Source: a phage. From it: DNA of 64,000 bases. The translations under genes were made by a program, and so were the position numbers. The DNA is taken from sequence record PZ445442.1; one strand, written 5' to 3'. Within the stretch, counting starts at the first letter, position 1. The number at the start of each line of letters is the position of its first letter. The notes under the pieces were generated by a model. It worked only from the letters and a program-made list of their open reading frames with translations, did not search any database and was not told where the DNA came from. Shown here in pieces: positions 28,817 through 37,930 of this stretch.

Positions 28817-30022
28817 ATGATTTTCATCTACGAACATTTCAAAACTCGTAAAGAAGCACGCGACCGCCGTGCAGAACTTGAGAAGAAGGGTTTCACATGT
28901 GCTATTGAGAAAGGTACTACAACATGGACACTGGCAGTAGGTGCCCCAGAGCTGTTTGATCCTGACCGAGACAGTGTCTGCTATACCCGTGAGGATTTTG
29001 AAACCCGCGAAGAGGCCCGTTTATTCCGCTACGGACTGGAAGACAACGGTAAGTACGCCATGATCTTAGATTCAGGTGAAGGTTCCGTTAAACGTTGGGG
29101 CGTGGTATACCCACTGTGTGTTGTTCACGGTGTGGGGGTCACTGGGGTAGCAATCAAGTCAGAAGAACCTTTAGTAGAAGTCAAAGATCCGGTGCTGGAA
29201 GTGGTGAGCAGTGTGTCTCAGCAACAGTCTCGAAGCATCGAGCCTTTGGTAGTTATTTGCGGGGAACTCCTCCAGATCACCTGCAACGAAGGCATTTTTG
29301 AAATTCGCCGCAGCGAAAGTGAGGAAGTTTACCAGAAAGTCTTCGACCATATTTCTGTTCAGGAATATGATGAGGCAATTGGTGAAATCCTTGTCTGGCT
29401 GGAACGCAAGAATGAGTTCACCACACTTGCAGACAACCTGATCATGAAAGATGGTAAGCTCTACTACTACGGTGTAGAGATGCGATCCACCATTGCAAAG
29501 AAAATTGAGGAAGATTATGTAGATGGAACACTGGACGACCGATATGTTAAATTCCTTGTCCGTCTGCTACGCAACCCGTCTGCAAAATCTGTGAACATGC
29601 TCTACGATTTCATGCAGGCTAATGACATCCAGGTTGCAGAAGATGGTCGAATCATTTGCTATAAGGGGGTTCAGTTTAACGGGAGCAGGTGGGTGGATTG
29701 GCACAGTGGTAAAGTTCCACAATACCAGGGTGCTTTTGTGTCCATGCCTCGTGACTTTGTAGAAGATGATCCGGAAGCTGCGTGTTCTTATGGCCTGCAC
29801 TGCGCCAGCAAAGAGTATGCAGCGGGCTATGGCACTGTAATGATGGTTATGGTTGACCCTGCGGATGTGGTTAGTGTGCCATACCAACACAACAGTGCTA
29901 AGTGCCGTGCATGCCGCTACGAAATCGTAGCAGCACCGGAATCACGCAAAGATGGCGATCCGATTGAATACGTAGTTGACCGTGATGGTAACATCATCGA
30001 CATTATCTACGAGGAGGCGTAA
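28817..30022 (+). CDS. hypothetical protein (between GHKL ATPase and helicase)
   Basis: 401-aa ORF with two N-terminal repeats (FKTRKEARDRRAELEKKGF / FETREEARLFRYGLEDNGKY). Confidence 0.5.
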   Translation: MIFIYEHFKTRKEARDRRAELEKKGFTCAIEKGTTTWTLAVGAPELFDPDRDSVCYTREDFETREEARLFRYGLEDNGKYAMILDSGEGSVKRWGVVYPLCVVHGVGVTGVAIKSEEPLVEVKDPVLEVVSSVSQQQSRSIEPLVVICGELLQITCNEGIFEIRRSESEEVYQKVFDHISVQEYDEAIGEILVWLERKNEFTTLADNLIMKDGKLYYYGVEMRSTIAKKIEEDYVDGTLDDRYVKFLVRLLRNPSAKSVNMLYDFMQANDIQVAEDGRIICYKGVQFNGSRWVDWHSGKVPQYQGAFVSMPRDFVEDDPEAACSYGLHCASKEYAAGYGTVMMVMVDPADVVSVPYQHNSAKCRACRYEIVAAPESRKDGDPIEYVVDRDGNIIDIIYEEA

Positions 30023-31392
30023 TGGAAAAAGGGCAGTATGACGTAGGCACAGATGCTGCCCTCATTGCAATCATGAGTGGTGAGAATGTCTTCGTTTCAG
30101 GACCTGCAGGTTGTGGGAAGACGTATCTCATCAACATGATCCAGTCAATGTATGGAGACTCTTGCATAACGGTTGCCCCGACAGGGGTAGCCGCTTTAAA
30201 CGTTAATGGAGCAACAGCACACCGAACATTCGATCTTGCAGCAGGTGTGAGCATGGAGTCGGACTGGACCGCAATAAGGGCAAAAACAGCAAAGCCTTTG
30301 AAAAGCAAGGCATTTACCATCCTAATTATCGATGAAATCTCTATGATCCGTGCTGATAAGTTTATAGAGATGGATAGGAAACTCCGCTTCCTTCGAAAAA
30401 ATGACAAACCTTTCGGAGGCATACAGGTCATATTGTTTGGCGATTTTTACCAGGCACCTCCTGTTGTCTCTTCTATGGAGAAGGAAGCCTACTTCAACTT
30501 CTACCATACGGACCTGTGTTGCTACACCGAATCTTGGAAAGAGCTTGACCTCCACAACATAGCCCTAATAGATCAGTTCCGACAGGAGTCTATTCGATTT
30601 GCCACAATGCTCAACTGTGTTCGTGAGGGTCGTCGCATAAAAGAGGTTGTAGCAGAACTTAATGCTCGCTGTTACAAAGGCGGTGTACCAACAGACGCTC
30701 TCACAATTTGCGCCACCAACAAACAAGCAGAGGAAGTGAACAGAAGGTTCTATGATGCCATCAACGCCCCAGAGAAGGTATACACTGGTGAAATGAAGGG
30801 TAAGTTTCCCTCCACCCTGCCAGTTGAGCAGGAGATGAAGTTGAAAATTGGCATGAAAGTTATGATAACTGCCAACGATGTTGACCCGACGCACAAAGTA
30901 CCTTATTATGTTAACGGAACACGTGCCACAATTGTTAAATTTAAGAACAAGGCGGTGGTGGTAGAGCTTGAAGATGGAACACAGGTTGACATAGAGCAGA
31001 GGTTGTGGGAAAATAACGAGTATAAGCCCTCTCAGAGATACAACATTGCAGAAAGGAAGATGGAGAAGTTTATAGAGAGGGTAGTGATTGGGTCATACAA
31101 GCAACTTCCTCTGAAATCTGGGTACGCCGTAACATCTCATAAAAGTCAAGGACTTACGCTAGATTGTTACAACCTAGACCTTGGAAAGAACGGAGCTTTC
31201 TCTCCTGGGATGACGTATGTCGCTTTGAGTAGAGTTAAGACAATACAAGGAATAAACTTGTTGCGTCCCCTAAGAGAAGTTGACATTATTGTTGACCCGC
31301 GAGTAGTAGAGTTTTACAATACAACATTCCCTGACTTAGACAAAATTGTCAGGAAAGATTTTGAAACCAGAGCAGAAGAGGGGGACGTATGA
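30022..31392 (+). CDS. Dda/RecD/Pif1-like SF1 DNA helicase
   Basis: 456 aa; Walker A VSGPAGCGKT, Walker B IIDEISM, motif III GDFYQAPPV, motif TSHKSQGLT. Confidence 0.7.
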   Translation: MEKGQYDVGTDAALIAIMSGENVFVSGPAGCGKTYLINMIQSMYGDSCITVAPTGVAALNVNGATAHRTFDLAAGVSMESDWTAIRAKTAKPLKSKAFTILIIDEISMIRADKFIEMDRKLRFLRKNDKPFGGIQVILFGDFYQAPPVVSSMEKEAYFNFYHTDLCCYTESWKELDLHNIALIDQFRQESIRFATMLNCVREGRRIKEVVAELNARCYKGGVPTDALTICATNKQAEEVNRRFYDAINAPEKVYTGEMKGKFPSTLPVEQEMKLKIGMKVMITANDVDPTHKVPYYVNGTRATIVKFKNKAVVVELEDGTQVDIEQRLWENNEYKPSQRYNIAERKMEKFIERVVIGSYKQLPLKSGYAVTSHKSQGLTLDCYNLDLGKNGAFSPGMTYVALSRVKTIQGINLLRPLREVDIIVDPRVVEFYNTTFPDLDKIVRKDFETRAEEGDV

Positions 31393-31730
31393 GTTTGTGG
31401 AGAAATATCGTTAACTACGTGTGTGGCAATCCGACTCCTGAAGAGAAGGATGTTGTGATTCACGATTTTACTAAAAGATCTCGTGAAAAAGATCTACTGC
31501 TAACAAAGGTGACTGATAAAGATCCTGCAGTAGGGGACTGGGCAGGTTTTGCGTTTACATCGGACAAATACACCTTTAACAAAGGTGACTACCTTGTTGT
31601 GGATTTTAACGAAGACATTGAGGGTGCTGAACCTTACTATCAAACCCTTATTGTTGCAGGGTGTGTTAATCTCTCTGCAGGTATGCACAGTTTGATTCTT
31701 TTTGAGCTTGACTCTGAAGACCTTGAGTAG
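31389..31730 (+). CDS. hypothetical protein
   Basis: 113-aa ORF overlapping helicase stop. Confidence 0.4.
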   Translation: MSLWRNIVNYVCGNPTPEEKDVVIHDFTKRSREKDLLLTKVTDKDPAVGDWAGFAFTSDKYTFNKGDYLVVDFNEDIEGAEPYYQTLIVAGCVNLSAGMHSLILFELDSEDLE

Positions 31731-31736
31731 TAAGAT
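31708..31736 (+). promoter_or_regulatory. sigma70-like promoter upstream of methyltransferase gene
   Basis: TTGACT-17nt-TAAGAT, followed by 5' stem-loop GGGGAGG-CACT-CCTCCCC (31748-31765) and RBS AAGGAGA. Confidence 0.45.
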
Positions 31737-31791
31737 GTGAGTATAAAGGGGAGGCACTCCTCCCCACAAAAACTAAGGAGAGCACCAAACG

Positions 31792-33118
31792 ATGAGTAAA
31801 ACCAAATTAGAACTAACCTGGATAGGTAAAAACGAGCGCAAAAAGTTAGAGCCACACATTTTGTTAGAAGATTCTAGCAAGTCTTACCACAGCCAGAAAG
31901 TGACCGAAAACGATATTTTTTGATAATAAACTGATTTTTGGAGATAACTTATTAGCATTGAAGGCGCTAGAGCAAGAGTATGCAGGCAAAGTGAAGTGTG
32001 TTTACATAGACCCACCATTCAATACTGGAAGGGCTTTTGAGCACTACGATGATAGCCTTGAGCATTCCATTTGGCTGGGCTTAATGAGGGATAGGTTAGA
32101 AATAATTCGTAATCTTCTAAGTGATGATGGGGTAATATTCGTTCACTTAGATGATTGCGAAATGGCGTATTTAAAAGTTTTGATGGACGAGATTTTTGGT
32201 CGTGCAAATCAGTTAAATACCATATCGATGACCACAAATTCCCCTTCGGGATTTAAGGCAACAGGAGCCACAGTTTTCTCCACAGCAAACTTTTTGCTTG
32301 TATATGCAAAAGATCACACCCAGAAACCGCTTAACAAAATCTATATACCTAAAGGGTACGATACAGGATATAACAAATACCTATTAAACCCGGATGACCA
32401 TTATAAAAATTGGACGTGGTGCAGTATTGCCGATGCGTTTGCAAAGGCCAATGGCTATAAGGATGCAAAAGAAGCCAAGAAAAAACTACCTGACACATTC
32501 GATGATGAATTAGCACAATTCGCAATTGATAATGCAGAACGTGTATTTCAATCTGTTGCAATTGGTGGTGGTGCTAAAATAAAGAGAAAAGAAACTATCG
32601 AGAAGTCAAAGAAAGATAGGGATAAGGTTTATGTACATCCAAATGAGGATGTTGAAGGATTTTATATCGCAAATGGTAGGCAAATGGTCTTTTACTCCAA
32701 TAGGCTTTTGGAAATTGACGGTGAGATGCAACCTGCGGAACTAATAACTGATGTTTGGACAGACATTGGTTGGAATGGAATAGCAAATGAAGGCGGCGTT
32801 AGTTTCAAAAATGGGAAAAAACCAGAAGCGCTTTTGAAGCGGATTTTCGAAATGTGCACGCGAGAAGGCGATTTGGTATTGGATTCATTCGGTGGTTCGG
32901 GAACTACTGCTGCTGTAGCTCATAAGATGAAAAGACGCTGGATCTCAATCGAGCTAGGTGATCATTGTCATACCCATATTATTCCGCGCTTGGAAAAAGT
33001 GATCGATGGCGAAGATCAAGGTGGTATTTCTAAGTCTGTAAACTGGCAAGGTGGTGGTGGCTTCCGTTATTACAAACTTGCCCCGGCCTTAGTTGCGAAA
33101 GATAAGTCTGATCAATAA
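31792..33118 (+). CDS. N6-adenine DNA methyltransferase (Mod-like), interrupted by +1 frameshift at T6 tract 31916-31921
   Basis: N-terminal 43 codons (MSKTKLELTWIGK..ENDIF) stop at TGA 31921; the +1 frame continues FFDNKLIFGDNLLALKALEQ..VKCVYIDPPFNTG (DPPF motif IV) to 33118; removing one T restores a single ORF. Confidence 0.6.
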
Positions 33119-33131
33119 AGAGTACAATCAA

Positions 33132-33437
33132 ATGATGAAACGTTATAAACCATACACTTTTGAAATCGATTTTGAACTTGACGATATGTTCACTGTGGAA
33201 GCTCAGGCAGTTGTCCAGTTGCCAGACCCAGAGTGTCGTGATTCTGATGTTGACTATTATGGATTTAGACAGATCACTGATGTGCATGTTTACCACAACG
33301 GTGAAGAGGTGGACTTCCACAAACTGCCAAACGATATGCGCCACTCAATTTACAAACGTGCAGCCCGTGAACTAGAGTCCTATCTTGATGCAGCGACGAC
33401 AGCAGCTGCATTTGCCGAAGAAGTGGGAGGTTTCTGA
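33132..33437 (+). CDS. hypothetical protein
   Basis: 101 aa from ATG 33132; upstream part of the track ORF overlaps the methyltransferase. Confidence 0.4.
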   Translation: MMKRYKPYTFEIDFELDDMFTVEAQAVVQLPDPECRDSDVDYYGFRQITDVHVYHNGEEVDFHKLPNDMRHSIYKRAARELESYLDAATTAAAFAEEVGGF

Positions 33438-33832
33438 TGATTACAGATGTGAAGATTGTCCAATACCACTTAACCAAGTTGGAAGATGCTGAGAAAGAGC
33501 TTGCAGAAGTTCTGAATAGTGGATATACTTTGCTATCATGCGCCTGCTCAGACACCTACGCTGTGTGGACACTTATCAGGAAGGAAGAGCCTGCAGGGAT
33601 CTTGGTGCCAAACCCTAAGATTATTAGTGAGGTGGATGACTACCCCCAGGACGGCCTGCCAGAAGGCTGGGAAGTATGGGAAGGTGGTGAAAACCCTGCA
33701 CCAGGTAAGTGGGTAAAATACAAACTACGTAGTGGTGCACAGTACGCTGACTACTCTGATGACCTAGACTGGAGTCATTCTTCACCAGGATCATCTGCAA
33801 GTTCATATGATATCGTTGCTTTTCAGGAATAA
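33437..33832 (+). CDS. hypothetical protein
   Basis: 131-aa ORF, ATGA overlap. Confidence 0.45.
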   Translation: MITDVKIVQYHLTKLEDAEKELAEVLNSGYTLLSCACSDTYAVWTLIRKEEPAGILVPNPKIISEVDDYPQDGLPEGWEVWEGGENPAPGKWVKYKLRSGAQYADYSDDLDWSHSSPGSSASSYDIVAFQE

Positions 33833-33844
33833 GGAGAGGGTGTT

Positions 33845-34327
33845 ATGTCAGATTTTATGTGGAAAGTAGGCTATGCCACTCCTGAAATGTGCGAGGCTTG
33901 CTTTGTGAAAATAGGCCGCGAGGATATCGACAAAGTGATCCTTAAGTTTCGTGATGTGGCTGTGATCGGCAACCGAGTGCTTAAGCACTTAAAGAATCTG
34001 AAGCTCACCAAAAAGAAGTTCTTCGGGCTTTTCGAAGAGAAAGTTGATGCTTGGACCCATTGCATTCAGGAAGCTAAATCTCACTACAGTGCTATCGTTA
34101 CTCCAGAACGGGTAGCTAAGATGGAAGGATTCATTAACAGCACAGAATTTGAGTGTCTGAAAGCTGCACTCGATAGTTATCCGAAATGCCTTAAGCACTT
34201 GGACAAGTATGCAGAAAAGGATGGGGAAATGTATCTAACCCTGGACGCATATTATGAGATGCAAGAAATTTTAAATTTAGATTTGACATTGGTATCCACC
34301 GAGTATACAATAGGTATCCGGGTTTAA
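33845..34327 (+). CDS. hypothetical protein
   Basis: 160-aa ORF, RBS AAGGAGAGGG. Confidence 0.45.
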   Translation: MSDFMWKVGYATPEMCEACFVKIGREDIDKVILKFRDVAVIGNRVLKHLKNLKLTKKKFFGLFEEKVDAWTHCIQEAKSHYSAIVTPERVAKMEGFINSTEFECLKAALDSYPKCLKHLDKYAEKDGEMYLTLDAYYEMQEILNLDLTLVSTEYTIGIRV

Positions 34328-34333
34328 CACTAG

Positions 34334-34360
34334 GCCCTGCCCGAAAGGGTGGGGCTTTTT
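34334..34360 (+). terminator. Rho-independent terminator (copy 1 of a duplicated terminator)
   Basis: GCCCTGCCC-GAAA-GGGTGGGGC then TTTTT; same hairpin recurs at 46611. Confidence 0.6.
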
Positions 34361-34378
34361 GCATTAGGAGACAGCAAA

Positions 34379-35140
34379 TTGAAATTTATCTACAAAGAAC
34401 ACTACCACAAAGGTGTTGTGTGGAGTCTATTTGACGGGTCTGGTGGTGCAGTCATTGACTGGGCAAAAGCTGGGTACCTGTGCCTGTGCTTTAATGCAGA
34501 AGGCGCTGATCACGGCAGTTATGCAGAGGTGATCACCGATCATCCCAACATTCACTATGTGGACTATTGGATTGACCCGTGGTTCCCTCAGGAAACTTTT
34601 TGCATGTATCCGGCTCCAGATTTTATTCTTGCATTTCCTCCGTGCACGCATTTAGCGGTATCAGGTGCTGCACATTTTAAGAAAAAGCTGGCTAAGGACC
34701 CCATGATCCAAATTAATGCTGTAAAGGATGCTCGGGTTGCGGAAGAGCTGGGAGAGATTTACGATTGCCCGTGGCATGTAGAGAATCCTGTGGGTGTTAT
34801 GTCCACACTGTGGCGCAAACCTGATTACCGTTTTCACCCTTCGGATTATGGCGGGTATTTACCGGAAGATGATGTAAACCCATGGTTTCCTGAATTTATA
34901 GCTCCACGTGATGCCTATCCAAAAATAACTTGCGGCTGGATAGGTAATGGATTTATAATCCCAGCCACAAAACCTGTCCCGCAAATAGTTGACGCGGTTA
35001 GTGGGTACTCCATGCAACACGCTAAGCTGGGTGGAAAGAGTGCAAGAACGAAGATGATCCGAAGCCTCACACCACGTGGCTGGGCAAAAGCTGTATTCTT
35101 AGCAAACGAGCCTGTAGTAAGGAGAAGGGCCAATGGTTGA
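34379..35140 (+). CDS. DNA (cytosine-5)-methyltransferase-like protein
   Basis: Motif I SLFDGSGG, motif IV-like FPPCTHLAVSG (PC dipeptide), motif VI-like HVENPVG; probable TTG start at 34379 after RBS AGGAG (track ORF starts 34349). Confidence 0.5.
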   Translation: MKFIYKEHYHKGVVWSLFDGSGGAVIDWAKAGYLCLCFNAEGADHGSYAEVITDHPNIHYVDYWIDPWFPQETFCMYPAPDFILAFPPCTHLAVSGAAHFKKKLAKDPMIQINAVKDARVAEELGEIYDCPWHVENPVGVMSTLWRKPDYRFHPSDYGGYLPEDDVNPWFPEFIAPRDAYPKITCGWIGNGFIIPATKPVPQIVDAVSGYSMQHAKLGGKSARTKMIRSLTPRGWAKAVFLANEPVVRRRANG

Positions 35141-35804
35141 CTGGAGCAAGTATTTCACCTACAGTGACGGCAAACTGTTCTGGGCGTACACTGCAAAAGC
35201 CGGAAGGGGCAGGGTTATACATTACGCAGGTGAGGAGGCCACAGGCACAGATAAAAATGGCTATAGAGTGATATATGTGTCAGGTGTTGGGAGTGTTCGT
35301 AGGCATAGAATAGTTTGGGAGATGCATTACGGGGAGATACCTGAGGGACTTGTTGTGCGGCACAAGAACGACATAGCGGGCGATGATAGGGTAGAGAACT
35401 TAGTCCTAGGTACACAGGGCGATAATGCACGAGACATGATCTACAGTGACAAACTGAGCATTAACAATACCTCAGGGTGTAGAGGTGTACGCTACCATAG
35501 AGGCATAAAAAGATGGATTGCATCTGTTGGAGATATATACTTAGGGTGTTTTAAGACAAAAGAGGCTGCAATTGAATGCAGAAAGTTATGGGAGAAGGGA
35601 AAATTCGTCCCGCAAGAGTTGGATGTTAGAAACACTAGCGGTGTAACAGGGGTGTTCTATGTGCCGAGCTCTGGAAGGTGGAGAGTCAGAGTGCAAAGCG
35701 GCAAAAAGAGAAAGAGCTATGGCACTTACAATACTTTAGAAGAAGCAAAAACTGTAAGGGATAGAGTGATGAAAGAGATTGAGGAGTTTAAAGATGGGGA
35801 ATAA
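35133..35804 (+). CDS. HNH homing endonuclease with AP2-type DNA-binding repeats
   Basis: 223 aa; HNH region RHRIVWEMHYGEIPEGLVVRHKNDIAGDDRVENL; two AP2-like repeats (GCRGVRYHRGIKRWIASV, SGVTGVFYVPSSGRWRVRV). Confidence 0.6.
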   Translation: MVDWSKYFTYSDGKLFWAYTAKAGRGRVIHYAGEEATGTDKNGYRVIYVSGVGSVRRHRIVWEMHYGEIPEGLVVRHKNDIAGDDRVENLVLGTQGDNARDMIYSDKLSINNTSGCRGVRYHRGIKRWIASVGDIYLGCFKTKEAAIECRKLWEKGKFVPQELDVRNTSGVTGVFYVPSSGRWRVRVQSGKKRKSYGTYNTLEEAKTVRDRVMKEIEEFKDGE

Positions 35805-37872
35805 GTTTATATCCTCTGCATATAGCCGCTATGGAGAACCTAACCCAGTTGCAACAAGATACAAAAGTGGGGGTAGTATGAAACGAGACTATCGTGATGA
35901 AAAAGAGGTTGAAACTGTAGAGACTGTTTTAGAAAATACTAAAATTGTCCCTGTCCCACAACAAAATATCGGTCTGATGGCTGCACAATATTTTGGTGTG
36001 CGATCAGCATTGTCCCAAGAAGACGGTGTGACAGTCACTGCAACATATTTCCCATATTACGACCGATACGGAAATCTGTCCGGTTTCAAAAAGCGTGACT
36101 GGTCTAAGCCGAAAGAGCAGAAAGGGCACTGGTCTGTAGTAGGCATCGTAAAGGCCAACTCCCAGATGTTTGGTCAAAAGCTGTGTGCATCTTCCAACAA
36201 CCGTAAGCAGATCAACGTTTGTGAGGGAGAAGGTGATGTTATTGCAGCATGGCAGGCTGCATATCAGATACAAGTAAAAGGGATTCTCACCAATGCTAAA
36301 GCCCCGGCAAAGGTGAAGCAGTGGGCTAAAGAGGTCCAGGACGGGATCGATGCAGTTATCAACGGCGGTGATCTGGCAGGAAAACCCTGCCTGCCTTTTG
36401 TTGGAATTAACTGTGGATGTGCAAACGCAGTAGATACTTTTGCAAACAATGAGAAGTTTATCCGTAGCTATGGAACAGTTGTGCTGGCAATGGATAACGA
36501 TGCAGCTAACGAGGTAGAGAAGCAAAAACACGTCATTAAAGGTGTTGAGGCCACGCACAATATCGCAGCATTTTTAATGGCTGATAACGTTTACCACGTA
36601 GAATACCCTGGTGAAGTAAACGACCCTGACGGTGTAAAAGATATCCGAGACATGCTGAAGGCTAAAAAGCTGGAAGATATTGTCAACATGTTCCGGCATC
36701 CTGTTAAATATGTGCCTGATGCTGTGTCGGATTTAGAAGACTTCTCTATCGAGTCTTTGCGGAAAAAGACTTCCAACGGGGTAGATATCAGTGCAGAGTT
36801 CCCAAAACTGCAAAAAATGCTAAAAGGCTTGCACAAAGGGACACTCGTAATGCTTACAGGTCCATCAGGCGGCGGTAAAACAACCGTGGCTAAAAAACTG
36901 GAACACTGTATTGCAAGATACCTAATGGATCCGACATGCCAGAAGGCTGATGACTATGAAGAGGATGATCGTCTATGTATGATCCATCTTGAGGAGGACC
37001 CAGAGGAAGCAATTAACTCCTTGTATGCAAACCAGTTAGGGTTTGATGTTAAAGAGTTTGTTGAAGATCCTAGCCAGTTTTTAACTGATCAAGAACACGC
37101 AGAGATTCACCAATCATGGGCAAAAGCTGGAAAAATCAAAGTGTTCAAACATTTCGGGTCTATTCCGGTGGACGAGTTGATTACCAAGCTTAAGCAAATG
37201 GTTTGCCTGTACCATTGTCGTTATATTGTGCTGGATCACCTATCCATGGTAATTTCAGGGCTTAATGTTAAGGATGAGCGAAAAGAACTGGACATAGCTA
37301 TGACTCAGCTGGCTGCGTTTTGTAAGCAGTTTAATGTGTTTATCTTGGTGATCGCTCACCTCAAACGTACAGAGATTGTGCCTCCTAAGGACAAGGATGG
37401 TAACCCGTTACCTTTCTGGTATCCTGTGCGAAAAGAGAATTTGCGAGGATCGGCTGGGCTTGAGCAGTTGAGTTGGGTAGTCATAGGTGTCGAGGCCGAA
37501 GAAATGGTGGATCGTTCTCGTGGGCGTGTCCGTCTGGTAGGTCTTAAAAACCGTCCAGCAAAAACTTTAGGTATTGCTGACACTTTAGTTATGGACCCAC
37601 ACACAGGTAAGTTCCATGATGCCAGTAATTGGTACTGGGACAAAGAAATGCAAATGTTTACAGACGGAGAAGGTGGGGAGGTTGTTTGGAGACCTCAGGC
37701 TATGTTTGAGGATCAGGAGCATGCAGTTGTAGAAACACCTATGGGCAAGGTTGTGGCTGATAAGGTTGTAACTCCTACTGTTAAGTCTGTTGACACGCAG
37801 GAAGACCTCCAGTACGATGATCCATCCTCTGACCCGGTCCCCGGTTTTGAGGATGATGAAACGCCTTTTTAA
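35794..37872 (+). CDS. primase-helicase (T7 gp4-like: Toprim primase + DnaB-family helicase)
   Basis: Toprim-like CEGEGDVIAAW; Walker A LTGPSGGGKTT; Walker B YIVLDHLSMV; start ATG 35794 after RBS GAGGAG. Confidence 0.65.
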   Translation: MGNKFISSAYSRYGEPNPVATRYKSGGSMKRDYRDEKEVETVETVLENTKIVPVPQQNIGLMAAQYFGVRSALSQEDGVTVTATYFPYYDRYGNLSGFKKRDWSKPKEQKGHWSVVGIVKANSQMFGQKLCASSNNRKQINVCEGEGDVIAAWQAAYQIQVKGILTNAKAPAKVKQWAKEVQDGIDAVINGGDLAGKPCLPFVGINCGCANAVDTFANNEKFIRSYGTVVLAMDNDAANEVEKQKHVIKGVEATHNIAAFLMADNVYHVEYPGEVNDPDGVKDIRDMLKAKKLEDIVNMFRHPVKYVPDAVSDLEDFSIESLRKKTSNGVDISAEFPKLQKMLKGLHKGTLVMLTGPSGGGKTTVAKKLEHCIARYLMDPTCQKADDYEEDDRLCMIHLEEDPEEAINSLYANQLGFDVKEFVEDPSQFLTDQEHAEIHQSWAKAGKIKVFKHFGSIPVDELITKLKQMVCLYHCRYIVLDHLSMVISGLNVKDERKELDIAMTQLAAFCKQFNVFILVIAHLKRTEIVPPKDKDGNPLPFWYPVRKENLRGSAGLEQLSWVVIGVEAEEMVDRSRGRVRLVGLKNRPAKTLGIADTLVMDPHTGKFHDASNWYWDKEMQMFTDGEGGEVVWRPQAMFEDQEHAVVETPMGKVVADKVVTPTVKSVDTQEDLQYDDPSSDPVPGFEDDETPF

Positions 37873-37930
37873 TGTTTAACAAAGAGTGGGAGGGGTAGTA
37901 CAACCGCCTCCCCTTTAAGGAGAACTGTAT

